DNA of 64,000 nucleotides. It comes from Magnetococcales bacterium DCbin4 (GTDB lineage: Bacteria; Pseudomonadota; Magnetococcia; Magnetococcales; UBA8363). Made by a program: the position numbers and the translations under genes. Shown here one piece after another: positions 27,951 to 38,118 of the stretch. A model generated the notes under the pieces. The model searched no databases. It saw only the letters and a list, made by a program, of their open reading frames with translations, and was not told the origin of the DNA. The DNA lies in contig PEAN01000010.1 of assembly GCA_002753735.1 (NCBI GenBank), positions 6,937-70,936 of the forward strand. The letters are read 5' to 3'. Each line of letters begins with the position of its first letter. Positions within the stretch are counted from its first letter, which is position 1.

Positions 27951-29045
27951 TCATAATCCTTGATCTCCTTCACCAAGAACAAAATAATATCCCCCCTGCA
28001 AAATTGCCTGCAACAATTCCGTTGGACCTTTCATGAGACCACCGGCATCACCCGGGGTGACGACCTTGAAACGATGACGATTCAACCAGGAACGAACCCA
28101 CGGATAATCAAAGGAAGACAAACCCCGATATTCATTGCGGGCAGCCCACTGCATCACCCCGTCGAACAGGACACCGCCCACCTGGTCGATATCTGAATCA
28201 ACCCACAGATCAAGACATTCCAGGTAGGGGTATCCTCGCACAATCCGCCGCTCAAAAATTGCATATCCAGCCAGCGTCTCTCCCTGAAAACATCCAAACA
28301 GTAATTTCATTTTGGATGGAACGCTGAAACAATACCAGTTAACATACGTTGCATTGCGAACCCGGGTCGTCGAAAATGCGGTTCGAGTTCGCTGCCAAAG
28401 ATGATCAAATGCGACCCCTGCTTGGTTTAACTGTTTCACCTGCCAGGGTCCACTGGAATATTTTTGGGACAACAGCAACTTAATTCGAACATACCACTGA
28501 TGAAATGATCCCAGTCTCCATTGTAATCCGATGGGCCATCGTCGGATGATGGATACATCGTGAAGCCAAGCGAAAATACTTGAAAAAACCAGGATACGTT
28601 GCGAAAACGGGTAGGGAATTGGCTGATAATGGAGTCGTTCAACTATTGCTCCAGACAAATTATTAAGTGTCGTATTCCATATAATTGTATCAGCCCCTTC
28701 CCTCAATACGGATAGAAATAGAATCAGGCCATTTTTCCTGTATTCCGGAGTCACATACCAAGAAGATACAGTCAATGTCAATCGTTCCTTCCCTGCCAAC
28801 TGGAAAAGAATCGGAATACAGCTAATAAACCCAACAATTCGTCCTTCTGCCCTTAGTAACCAGCCCCGAGGGATTGAATCCTCACGGAAAGGATTTTTAT
28901 CCCACCACATGGCAAATTTTCCTTGCCAATATTCATTAGATCGTACAGTGTTCCGGAAATCATGTAATAATTCCGCAATACCATCATAATCATTCGGAGT
29001 AACGCCATGAACAGAAACTGCGTGAGTTGGCTGTGGATTATTCAT
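27951..29045 (-). CDS. GNAT-like acyltransferase family protein
   Basis: GWLLRAEGRIVGFISCIPI...SSWYVTPEYRKNGLILFLSVL is a GNAT motif-A-like region. Similar layout to the ORF at 60885..61754. Confidence 0.55.
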   Translation of the reverse strand: MNNPQPTHAVSVHGVTPNDYDGIAELLHDFRNTVRSNEYWQGKFAMWWDKNPFREDSIPRGWLLRAEGRIVGFISCIPILFQLAGKERLTLTVSSWYVTPEYRKNGLILFLSVLREGADTIIWNTTLNNLSGAIVERLHYQPIPYPFSQRILVFSSIFAWLHDVSIIRRWPIGLQWRLGSFHQWYVRIKLLLSQKYSSGPWQVKQLNQAGVAFDHLWQRTRTAFSTTRVRNATYVNWYCFSVPSKMKLLFGCFQGETLAGYAIFERRIVRGYPYLECLDLWVDSDIDQVGGVLFDGVMQWAARNEYRGLSSFDYPWVRSWLNRHRFKVVTPGDAGGLMKGPTELLQAILQGGYYFVLGEGDQGL

Positions 29046-29787
29046 ATCACACGAACATGATCTGTAAAAACCGTTTATTTATACTCAATTACCTTTTAGG
29101 CGACATGTTTATTCCGTCATCCGACAACGAAACAAAACGACTTTGCAACTGGCCACAAAACGGTCAATGACTTCCATAGCCAATATCTGCTCCCGTTTTG
29201 AAACACCGTGCAATAATGGCATAAGGGCGGTACAACCCATAGTGAATCCAATAAATGCCTGCATCACTTCGAAATCAGATCCAGGTAACGACTTAACCAT
29301 GATGATCCCGGTAATCGATACCATTGATCCACGACAAATGGATATCACGTTTTTCTAAGAAATATTCAATAATTAGCTTGAAATTTCATTCGCCCTCCGC
29401 GACAAGGCAAGAAAATCATCATAGCCATTTTCGGCACAAACAGAATGTGCCGATATACCAAGTCAGGGCCATTCAGTATCATTTCCACCTGGGGCGAACA
29501 CCGTCTGCCATCAGGAAGAATACTCAATAATATTTCCATAATCCAAACCATCAGAAAGCTGCCAGGATATCAGGATTATGGGCGACAATTTGTTCAATGA
29601 TATCGGATATCCCGTAATCCTCATGATCATTCATGAAAACAAATACTGAATACGTCATCATATTCTTATTGTGTCAGATATTCATGAAGAAGAGTAAAAG
29701 CCATGGAGCGCGCCCACTTTGGCATCCCTGGGTCTTGTTTGACATTGGAGTGTATTGTCAAGCAGGCGACCTTGATCAGTTTCTCTG

Positions 29788-29991
29788 TCATGTACAATCA
29801 ACAACTCCCAATAGATTCCCATCTGGATCAGTCACCGGAAAATGATTATTCCTGAAGCGGTGAACAAATGACCCGGTGAAGGGATGCCGCATGCAGCGAA
29901 GCCTGGTTAAGAAGACCAAAGCTGGCAAGATCGGATTCGAAACAGCTCCAAAGGTGGATTTGATAATGCGCGTCCCTGTTTGGCTGATCAT
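29788..29991 (-). pseudogene. possible remnant of a VOC/glyoxalase-fold gene
   Basis: The ORF ends ...NHFPVTDPDGNLLGVV, resembling the FxDPDGNxxEl C-terminus of VOC proteins. No intact N-terminal half. Neighbouring short ORFs lie in other frames. Confidence 0.3.
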
Positions 29992-30823
29992 TACGGCATC
30001 GAGACAATATGCCCTTTGAAAAAAAAAAAGTCAAAACCAAACCGCGGACAGATCATTCCTCCACACGATCCAGCAATACGTGACGGGGCAAAGACCCTGC
30101 TTGATCAAGCTGAAAGCATCCGACACCTAGGGAACATTAAGGATCAACAACAGATCCTCCTTGCCCGCATTCTCATGAACATCATCGGACCGATCAATGG
30201 TCGTCCCATTTCCGACACCGCTCCGGCCGATAGTTGCCGCTAAAAATCATCAATATTCAACCCCCCACATCCCAGTTGCCAATTGGATCGCCACCTTTTC
30301 GCACAACGGGTGCCGGGAACACCCTGACCATGGATTCATGCGACCAGCCTGTTCATTGATCAAAAGAAAAAATAGAAAAAACCCCCCAACGCCATCATTG
30401 CAGTGCAACGACTGGAAGATGTTCGCACAACACCGTCACCCCCTGGGATCATTCCTTCTGTTCCACCATGGCCTCGTCACGACCCTCGTCCATGCCTGGC
30501 GCCCCGCCATCCACCTTGACAGAACCCTTTCCATTCGCGCCCCCAACCACCCCTGTTCATCTCCCATGGCATTGCCCCCCGTCATTTATCCTTTCTTTAT
30601 TCTGAAATCGTGACACCAAACCGACCACGCTGACGATTCCATCACCATCTAATCATTTGTTTTAGAATATTTTATTTTAATATTTCCCCCAACACCCCCA
30701 ATCACCTGGAATTTATCATGACAATTTGATATAAACCAAGCATAAAGAATCGAAGGGGAAATAACGCTGCAGGAACCAGAATACCTCTATTTTTCAACAT
30801 CAAACCATTCATAAAGGATTTGT

Positions 30824-32182
30824 ATGCAACGGTTCATCCTCATGCTGTTGACTGCATTTCTGGCCCCCGCCACTGCATGGGCCAGCTCCACCACGCCAAA
30901 CATGGAGGGGCCGGCACTCTTTGGCATCCCCCTCGATTTCATGTTGTTCGCCCTGGTCCTCCTCGGTGTGGCACTCTTTCACAACAATACCTTGCAGGTC
31001 GCCGTCACCGGTGTCACCACCATCATCATCTATAAATTGATCTTCACCGGTTTCAAACACGGAGATGGCCTGACTGGACTGGCGCTGCATTTCCAGCATG
31101 AATGGGTCATTCTGACCAATCTGCTCTGTCTGCTCATGGGATTTGCCCTGCTGTCCAACCATTTTGAACACAGCAAGGTACCTGACATTCTCCCCCGCTT
31201 CCTCCCTGGCGGCTGGGTCGGTAATTTTATCCTGCTGATTTTAATCTTCGTCCTTTCCAGCTTCCTCGACAACATCGCCGCCGCCCTCATCGGTGGCACC
31301 ATCGCCAAAAGCGTCTTTCGCAACAAGGTTCATATCGGTTATCTGGCCGCCATCGTCGCCGCCTCCAATGCCGGAGGAGCAGGCAGTGTCGTCGGTGATA
31401 CCACCACCACCATGATGTGGATCGCAGGCATCAGCCCCCTGGCGGTCCTCCACGCTTATGCCGGGGCATTCGCCGCCCTGCTGATCTTCGGCATCCCGGC
31501 ATCCATCCAGCAAGACAAACACTGCGCCATCAATTCCGATATCCCCGCCGACATCAAAGTCGATGGCCTGCGGGTCGCTCTGGTGGCCTTCATCCTGGTC
31601 ATGGCCATCAGTGTCAACACGTTCATCAATGTCAAGTTCAATGAAATTTCTGATACCTTCCCCTTCATCGGCGTTGCCGTCTGGATCGCAATCCTGGTCT
31701 CCGCCCCCATCCGCAGCCCCGATTGGAAACTGCTCCCTGATACCTTCAAGGGAAGCATTTTTCTCCTCTCTCTCGTGGTATGTGCCTCACTGATGCCGGT
31801 AGAAAAGCTTCCCGCCGCCTCCTGGGCCACCGCATTGGGACTGGGTTACGTCTCCGCCGTCTTCGACAACATCCCCTTGACGGCCCTGGCGATCAAACAG
31901 GGTGGCTACGATTGGGGGGTTCTCGCCTATTCAGTTGGTTTCGGCGGTTCAATGATCTGGTTCGGCTCATCTGCCGGGGTCGCCCTCTCCAACATGTTCC
32001 ATGAAGCGAAATCGGTGGGCCAATGGCTCAAACACGGTTGGCATGTCGCCGTCGCCTACACCATCGGATTTTTCATCATGCTCACCCTCGTTGGCTGGCA
32101 TCCGACCGCAGATCGTTACCACCAGGGAACCAATGGTCATCCCACCACTCCAGTCGAAATGACCGCACCCGCGCCTCACTGA
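30824..32182 (+). CDS. NhaD/ArsB/CitMHS-superfamily ion transporter (NhaD-like antiporter)
   Basis: 452 aa and highly hydrophobic. SFLDNIAAALIGG and SAVFDNIPLTALAI are repeated half-motifs typical of this permease superfamily. Confidence 0.6.
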   Translation: MQRFILMLLTAFLAPATAWASSTTPNMEGPALFGIPLDFMLFALVLLGVALFHNNTLQVAVTGVTTIIIYKLIFTGFKHGDGLTGLALHFQHEWVILTNLLCLLMGFALLSNHFEHSKVPDILPRFLPGGWVGNFILLILIFVLSSFLDNIAAALIGGTIAKSVFRNKVHIGYLAAIVAASNAGGAGSVVGDTTTTMMWIAGISPLAVLHAYAGAFAALLIFGIPASIQQDKHCAINSDIPADIKVDGLRVALVAFILVMAISVNTFINVKFNEISDTFPFIGVAVWIAILVSAPIRSPDWKLLPDTFKGSIFLLSLVVCASLMPVEKLPAASWATALGLGYVSAVFDNIPLTALAIKQGGYDWGVLAYSVGFGGSMIWFGSSAGVALSNMFHEAKSVGQWLKHGWHVAVAYTIGFFIMLTLVGWHPTADRYHQGTNGHPTTPVEMTAPAPH

Positions 32183-32251
32183 GACATGGTGTTTGTCATT
32201 CCAGGCAAGAGCGGCAATGACCTGAAACAATGAAGGTCCAACATTCAAAAG

Positions 32252-32286
32252 AAAAAAGGGGGCTTGATGATTGCCCCCTTTTTTCT
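32252..32286. terminator. bidirectional intrinsic terminator between the transporter gene and tex
   Basis: AAAAAA-GGGGGC-ttgatgatt-GCCCCC-TTTTTT, with an A tract on one side and a T tract on the other. Confidence 0.75.
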
Positions 32287-32303
32287 TGATCAATCCTCCG
32301 CCG

Positions 32304-34634
32304 TCAAATCCGCTTGCCCGCCTTGATGAACGCCGCAGCCATGGCACTCTCACCAACGGCAGGTTCCTGGCTTTTCTTCCGCTCCTGCGGAACCTGAACA
32401 GACGGACCCCGTTTGGAACGGTCGGTCGGTTCAAGCGGGTCATTCAACCGCATGCTCAAGGCAACGCGCCGCCGTTTCAAATCGATCTCCATCACCCGTA
32501 CCTTCACCACATCTCCCGCCCGAACCACGGCATGGGGATCTTTGACGAACCGGTCCGCCATGGCTGAAATATGGACCAGGCCGTCCTGATGAACGCCAAT
32601 ATCCACAAATGCGCCAAAATTGGTGACATTGCTGACCACTCCCTCCAAAATCATTCCAGGCTGCAAATCCTTGAGATCCTCCACCCCTTCCTTGAACGTT
32701 GCGGTGCGAAACACAGGACGGGGATCACGCCCGGGCTTTTCCAACTCCTGCAAAATATCCTGAACCGTCGGTTCCCCAAATCGGGCATCGATGAAATCAG
32801 CAGCCCTGAGACCCCGCAATACCTTCTGGTTGCCAATCAGCTCCGGCAAGGAAAGACCCGTTTTTCTCTGGATCCGTTCCACCAGGACATAGGACTCCGG
32901 ATGAACCGCAGAGGCATCCAACGGGGTATCGCCATGGTTGATGCGTAAAAATCCGGCGGCCAGTTCAAACGTTTTCACCCCGAACCTGGGCACCTTGTTG
33001 AGCGCCTGACGATTGGGAAACGGGCCATTTTTATCGCGAAAACGGACAATATTGCCTGCAAGCGTGGCATTCAACCCCGACACCCGTTCCAATAACGGTT
33101 GCGAAGCGGTATTCACATCCACGCCCACGGCATTGACCGCATCCTCCACCACCCCGTCCAAAGAAAGCGATAAACGGCGTGGATCGACATCATGCTGATA
33201 TTGCCCCACCCCAATGGACTTGGGATCGATTTTGACCAATTCCGCCAACGGATCCTGTAAACGACGGGCGATGGAAACCGCTCCCCGCAAAGAAACATCC
33301 AATTCAGGTAATTCCTTCGAGGCATACTCCGAAGCGGAATAGACCGATGCCCCCGCCTCACTCACCATCACCCCTTCCACCTTCAACTCGGGATGATCCT
33401 TTCTCAATTCCGCCACCAGACGCTCCGTTTCCCTTGATCCAGTGCCATTGCCGATGGCGATCAATCGAACACCGAATTCCTGCACCAACAAAGCCAGACG
33501 TCGTTTGGCCTCCTGCCACTGGTTCTTCGGGGGATGGGGATGGATCGTCGTTGTGATCAGCACCTTGCCGGTTTCATCCACCACCGCCACTTTCACCCCG
33601 GTCCGCAATCCGGGATCCAATCCCATCACGCCAACCATCCCCGCCGGTGCCGACAACAACAGGTCACGCAAATTGGCAGAAAACACCCGAACCGCCTCCT
33701 CCTCAGCGTTCTCGGCCAAACGGTTGAACAAGTCGCCATGCGTATGAGGCTTCAATTTTTTCAGCCAAACCTCATGCACCACCTCCATCAACCAGGGATC
33801 GGCAGGACGCCCCGCGTTCCGGATGGAACAATGATGACCGATCAATGCCTCGCATGCAGCCATCCTTTTACCCTCTGCCGCCACATCCCGGACATGTTCA
33901 ATGCCCAACCGCAGAATCCCCAGGCTTTTGCCGCGCAGGAGCGCCAGGATTCGATGGGGAGGAAGTTTTTTCACCGGCTCATCAAAATTGAAATAATCGG
34001 CGAACCTTTCCCCCTCCTCCTCCTTCCCTTTGACCAGGCGCGCCTGCAAGATTCCCTCATCCCACAGCGCATCCCGGATCCGACCGACCAATGCCGCATC
34101 TTCCGCAATCGTTTCGGACAAAACATGTAACGCCCCCTCCAAGGCCGCCCCCACATCGGCAACGCCCTTCGCCGGATCGACAAAAGCTTTGGCCTCCTGT
34201 TCCGGAACCATTTGCGGATTCTGGAACAGCTTCATGGCCAAAGGCTCCAGACCCGCCTCCCGGGCAATCATCGCCTTGGTACGACGTTTGGGCCGGTAGG
34301 GGAGGTAAAGATCCTCAAGCCGGGTCCGGCTTTCCGCCGCCATGATCACCGCTTCCAATTCCGCAGTCAGTTTTCCCTGTTCACGGATGCTTTTCAACAC
34401 CGCTTCCCGGCGTTCCTCCAATTCACGCAATTGTCCCAACCGTTCCTGGAGCAGACGCATATGGGTATCGGTCAACCCCCCGGTGACTTCCTTGCGGTAG
34501 CGGGCAATGAAGGGAACCGTGGCCCCTTCATCCAAAAGTGCAACCGCAGCGGTCACCTGGTCTTCCCGTACACCCAGTTCCTGGGCAATCCGTCGATTGA
34601 TCCCGCCAATGACATGTTCCGTGGGTATATACAT
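32304..34634 (-). CDS. tex: transcription accessory protein Tex (S1 RNA-binding)
   Basis: ATVPFIARYRKEVTGGL, a YqgF-like middle part and a C-terminal S1 domain (GMILEGVVSNVTNFGAFVDIG...GDVVKVRVMEIDLKRRRVALSMR). ATG 34634 follows GGAGG. Confidence 0.9.
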   Translation of the reverse strand: MYIPTEHVIGGINRRIAQELGVREDQVTAAVALLDEGATVPFIARYRKEVTGGLTDTHMRLLQERLGQLRELEERREAVLKSIREQGKLTAELEAVIMAAESRTRLEDLYLPYRPKRRTKAMIAREAGLEPLAMKLFQNPQMVPEQEAKAFVDPAKGVADVGAALEGALHVLSETIAEDAALVGRIRDALWDEGILQARLVKGKEEEGERFADYFNFDEPVKKLPPHRILALLRGKSLGILRLGIEHVRDVAAEGKRMAACEALIGHHCSIRNAGRPADPWLMEVVHEVWLKKLKPHTHGDLFNRLAENAEEEAVRVFSANLRDLLLSAPAGMVGVMGLDPGLRTGVKVAVVDETGKVLITTTIHPHPPKNQWQEAKRRLALLVQEFGVRLIAIGNGTGSRETERLVAELRKDHPELKVEGVMVSEAGASVYSASEYASKELPELDVSLRGAVSIARRLQDPLAELVKIDPKSIGVGQYQHDVDPRRLSLSLDGVVEDAVNAVGVDVNTASQPLLERVSGLNATLAGNIVRFRDKNGPFPNRQALNKVPRFGVKTFELAAGFLRINHGDTPLDASAVHPESYVLVERIQRKTGLSLPELIGNQKVLRGLRAADFIDARFGEPTVQDILQELEKPGRDPRPVFRTATFKEGVEDLKDLQPGMILEGVVSNVTNFGAFVDIGVHQDGLVHISAMADRFVKDPHAVVRAGDVVKVRVMEIDLKRRRVALSMRLNDPLEPTDRSKRGPSVQVPQERKKSQEPAVGESAMAAAFIKAGKRI

Positions 34635-34859
34635 CAATGGGTTCCCTCCCCGAGTTGAACTGCCTGAATACCTGTTTATCGCAGATTCAAGGTCGATACC
34701 TTGCCGTAACCCCATTCATCAGATTCGATTCCTGCGTTTCGATGAAAGGATGCCGTTTCCTTTCAGCGGATAAAAGAGTAACATCGCCGACCGTGCCCTT
34801 AAGAACAAGATTAAGAAAACTTAAAATTGTTACACTGTCCTTAATCCAGGAATACCCAT

Positions 34860-35225
34860 GTGAGCATCCGTCGTTTCAGCCTGCCCCTGCTTTTGGGTAA
34901 GGTTCGTCGTTTCCTGATGGTACGGTTCCGTCCGAACACCATAGCGCAACGTGCAGCATTGCGGCAGGGTGACTGCCATCGATGCGCCATCTGTTGCGAA
35001 CTCCTCTACCGTTGCCCAATGTTGTCCAAAGACAATTTGTGCATGGTCTATCATTCGCCGTTGCGGCCAGCCGTATGCCAACACTTTCCCCTGGATGATC
35101 GCGATTTGCGCGATGTCGCCCGTCTGGGTCGAGGCATCGGTTGTGGCTACGCCTTCGTGCGACAGATCGAAGGGCATCCCGTCGCGGAACGCACCAAGGA
35201 AGCCTTGGAGCCCCGTTGCCCCTGA
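34860..35225 (+). CDS. YkgJ-family cysteine-cluster protein
   Basis: CHRCAICC is an exact CxxCxxCC motif. Further Cys residues downstream (CPMLSKDNLCMVY...CQHFP). GTG start. Confidence 0.6.
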   Translation: MSIRRFSLPLLLGKVRRFLMVRFRPNTIAQRAALRQGDCHRCAICCELLYRCPMLSKDNLCMVYHSPLRPAVCQHFPLDDRDLRDVARLGRGIGCGYAFVRQIEGHPVAERTKEALEPRCP

Positions 35226-35232
35226 GATCTCT

Positions 35233-35745
35233 TCATTTCCGAAGATGACCCAGATGCAGTTCGATGGCCTGATGGATCTCGCCGCAACCGACATCCAGTG
35301 TGGCACACAGAAGAATCATGTGTCTGGGAAACATGAAGGACCATGAAGCATGCAGGATACGGCACCACATCGTCCGACCCGTGGGAAGATGTGGATGGGT
35401 CAAGGTCACTACCACTGCGGGCAGCACGACCCCCAGCCATCCCCGGGTCCGCCTCACCCCGACAACATCGGTCCATGGAACGACCTGATCGCTCAAACGA
35501 AAATCGGTGATCCCCCCGTGGTTGATCCGGAGGATCATTTTGCACCCGGGGCGCAACAGGCGCCGAACCGCCAGGAAGGCGAAAAACATCCCCGGCAGAC
35601 CCGGCACCGCCCCGACCTTGACGCTGAACATCCCCGACATTTTCCAGGCCACGTAGAGCAGCAGGAGCCCCATGACGAACATGAAACCAACCCGGTTGTC
35701 ATCCGATTGGGCATTGATGTTGGGTGGAGGGATTATCGAAGTCAT
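35233..35745 (-). CDS. hypothetical membrane protein (two N-terminal TM helices, PH-like C-terminal part)
   Basis: FMFVMGLLLLYVAW and GLPGMFFAFLAV helices, then ILRINHGGITDFRL...VPWTDVVGV. Start trimmed to 35745 to avoid overlap with gpsA. Confidence 0.45.
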   Translation of the reverse strand: MTSIIPPPNINAQSDDNRVGFMFVMGLLLLYVAWKMSGMFSVKVGAVPGLPGMFFAFLAVRRLLRPGCKMILRINHGGITDFRLSDQVVPWTDVVGVRRTRGWLGVVLPAVVVTLTHPHLPTGRTMWCRILHASWSFMFPRHMILLCATLDVGCGEIHQAIELHLGHLRK

Positions 35746-35791
35746 GGTTCGACCGTAGGCCGGTTGGAGTGAGCGCCTGGAGACATCAACA

Positions 35792-36796
35792 TCACGTTTC
35801 ACCTTTGAGGTCACGTTCCATCAACTCCGACACCACGGATCGTGGCGATCGGTGTTCATGGAGGATTTCATGGACGGCGTTGGAGATCGGCATGTCAATG
35901 GCACATCGGCGTGCCAGTTGATAGACCGCCTGGGCAGTCCGTACCCCTTCGGCCACTTCTCCCGCACCGATTCGTATCATTTCCAAAGTTTCACCCTGTC
36001 CAATGCGAATGCCCACTGAACGATTGCGTGATTGATCCGAAGTCGCCGTCAGGAGGAGATCGCCCAGGCCGGACAGTCCGGCGAACGTCCCCGGTTGGGC
36101 GCCGAGGTGGACCCCCAGGCGGATCATCTCCGCCAGCCCGCGGGTGATCAACGCCGCGCGCGCGCTGTGACCAAAACCCAGACCATCACTGATCCCCGCC
36201 GCCAGGGCGATGATATTTTTCAGTGCCCCGCCAAGTTCCAGCCCAACGACATCGGAAGTACGATAAATACGAAAATAAGAGTTTGAACAAAAATGTTGCA
36301 ATGTTTGCAAAAGATCCTCCCGGAACCCCGCCAAGGCCACAGCGGTTGGCAACCCCGCCAGGACATCGCTGGCAAATGAGGGACCGGAGAGGAAACAGGT
36401 CCGCGCCAACCCTTCCGGTCCGAACACCTGGCGATAGATTTCCGAGATCAAGGTCAAGGTATCGACTTCGATCCCCTTGGATGCGGAAATAAAGATACGC
36501 TCACCATGGATATGGTCGCGCAACGCATGGAGGATGGCACGGGTGAACTGGGTGGGGACGACGATGAGCAGAAGTTGATTTCGCGCCGCATCCTGCAACC
36601 GGGTGGTGGCATGGAGGTTATCGGGCAGGTGATATTGGGAGACAAACAGGGGATTTCGATGCCGTTCGTTGATCCCCCGGGCAACCTCTTCCTCACGGCA
36701 CCACAGGGTTACGGACCGGGCTTTGGCCGCCAGGAGGGCCGCCAGGGCGGTCCCCCAGGAACCGGCACCAATGACGGAAACATGTTGCAGATCCAT
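35792..36796 (-). CDS. gpsA: NAD(P)H-dependent glycerol-3-phosphate dehydrogenase
   Basis: VIGAGSWGTALAALLA Rossmann motif, NERHRNPLF, GALKNIIALAAG, SDQSRNRSVG. Confidence 0.9.
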   Translation of the reverse strand: MDLQHVSVIGAGSWGTALAALLAAKARSVTLWCREEEVARGINERHRNPLFVSQYHLPDNLHATTRLQDAARNQLLLIVVPTQFTRAILHALRDHIHGERIFISASKGIEVDTLTLISEIYRQVFGPEGLARTCFLSGPSFASDVLAGLPTAVALAGFREDLLQTLQHFCSNSYFRIYRTSDVVGLELGGALKNIIALAAGISDGLGFGHSARAALITRGLAEMIRLGVHLGAQPGTFAGLSGLGDLLLTATSDQSRNRSVGIRIGQGETLEMIRIGAGEVAEGVRTAQAVYQLARRCAIDMPISNAVHEILHEHRSPRSVVSELMERDLKGET

Positions 36797-36931
36797 GGAA
36801 CATCCTGTTATTTCAATGGGAAAAAATTAATATGACAAAGCCGCCGCAAGCGATGACCCCAAAAATCGTGATTTCAACCTTTGCCTGGAGGGTATCATGT
36901 TTTCCATCGTCAAAACCCTGGAGACCATCCC

Positions 36932-38011
36932 TCAAGATCTCTTTTTTTCTTCAATTGTTTCCCTGCACAGATCGCGGATGGGCCAACGGGCACGGGCATC
37001 CAGTGTCCCCCGGGAAGAATCCGAGGGTTGTTGCAATTGCGCCCAACCCGCCAGGGCAATCATGGCAGCATTGTCAGTACATAATGCCATGGGAGGGAAA
37101 TGCAAGGTGATTCCCCCCTCACGGGCCTCCTGAAGCAACCGTTCACGCAACCTTTGGTTGGCCCCCACCCCACCCGCCACCAACAAACGCCGACACCCCA
37201 CATGACGACATGCCCGAATCGACTTGAACGTCAGTGTATCGATAATCGCTTCCTGATAGGAAGCAGCCACATCCTCAAGAGGCTGTACCGGGATCGTTCC
37301 CGCCTGTTGACGCAGCAGTTCGGTCCTGAGCGCCGTTTTCAGACCGGAGAAAGAAAAATCGAATTTTTCCTTATCCAGCAGGATGCGTGGGAAGGCAATC
37401 CGGTGCCGATCCCCCCGTTGTGCCGCCTGTTCGATGGCAGGTCCCCCCGGATACCCCAGACCCAATACCCTGGCCCCTTTGTCGAACGCCTCACCCACGG
37501 CATCATCCCGGGTCTGCCCCAAAAATTCATAATCCCGCACCCCCCGGACATGCAATAAGAGGGTATGACCGCCCGAAACCAAGAGTGCCACAAAAGGGAA
37601 ATGGATCGGTTCCGGAACGGAGGGTGCCAGAAAAGGGCTCAACAGATGCCCTTCCATGTGATGAACGCCAACCAGTGGAATCCCGGCAGCCAGGGCAATC
37701 CCTTTGGCCACTGCCAATCCGACCAGAAGACCTCCGATCAACCCGGGACCCCGGGTCACCGCAACGGCATCCAATTCACCCGGTAGCACCCCCGCCGCAT
37801 GCAACGTCTGGGCAAGGATGGGTCCGATATGACGAATATGGGCACGGCTGGCCAATTCCGGCACCACACCACCATATTTGGCATGTTCATCCAATTGACT
37901 CCAGACCACATTGGCCAAAACCCGGGCTTGCGCCAAGGTTGCGCCATCATCGAACTGCACGATGGCCGCAGCGGTTTCATCGCAACTGGACTCCAACCCC
38001 AATATGATCAT
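36932..38011 (-). CDS. tsaD: tRNA N6-adenosine threonylcarbamoyltransferase
   Basis: MIILGLESSCDETAAAIV, GVHHMEGHL, LVSGGHT, VAGGVGAN. Start set at 38011. Confidence 0.9.
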   Translation of the reverse strand: MIILGLESSCDETAAAIVQFDDGATLAQARVLANVVWSQLDEHAKYGGVVPELASRAHIRHIGPILAQTLHAAGVLPGELDAVAVTRGPGLIGGLLVGLAVAKGIALAAGIPLVGVHHMEGHLLSPFLAPSVPEPIHFPFVALLVSGGHTLLLHVRGVRDYEFLGQTRDDAVGEAFDKGARVLGLGYPGGPAIEQAAQRGDRHRIAFPRILLDKEKFDFSFSGLKTALRTELLRQQAGTIPVQPLEDVAASYQEAIIDTLTFKSIRACRHVGCRRLLVAGGVGANQRLRERLLQEAREGGITLHFPPMALCTDNAAMIALAGWAQLQQPSDSSRGTLDARARWPIRDLCRETIEEKKRS

Positions 38012-38118
38012 CCCCTTGTCCCCGGTCCATTCCATGTCTATCCTGCCTGCACATCCACTGAAGGAGTGTACGTCCGATCCCTTCGACCTTAAAGACTTGT
38101 TGTGGGAGAACGCCATCC

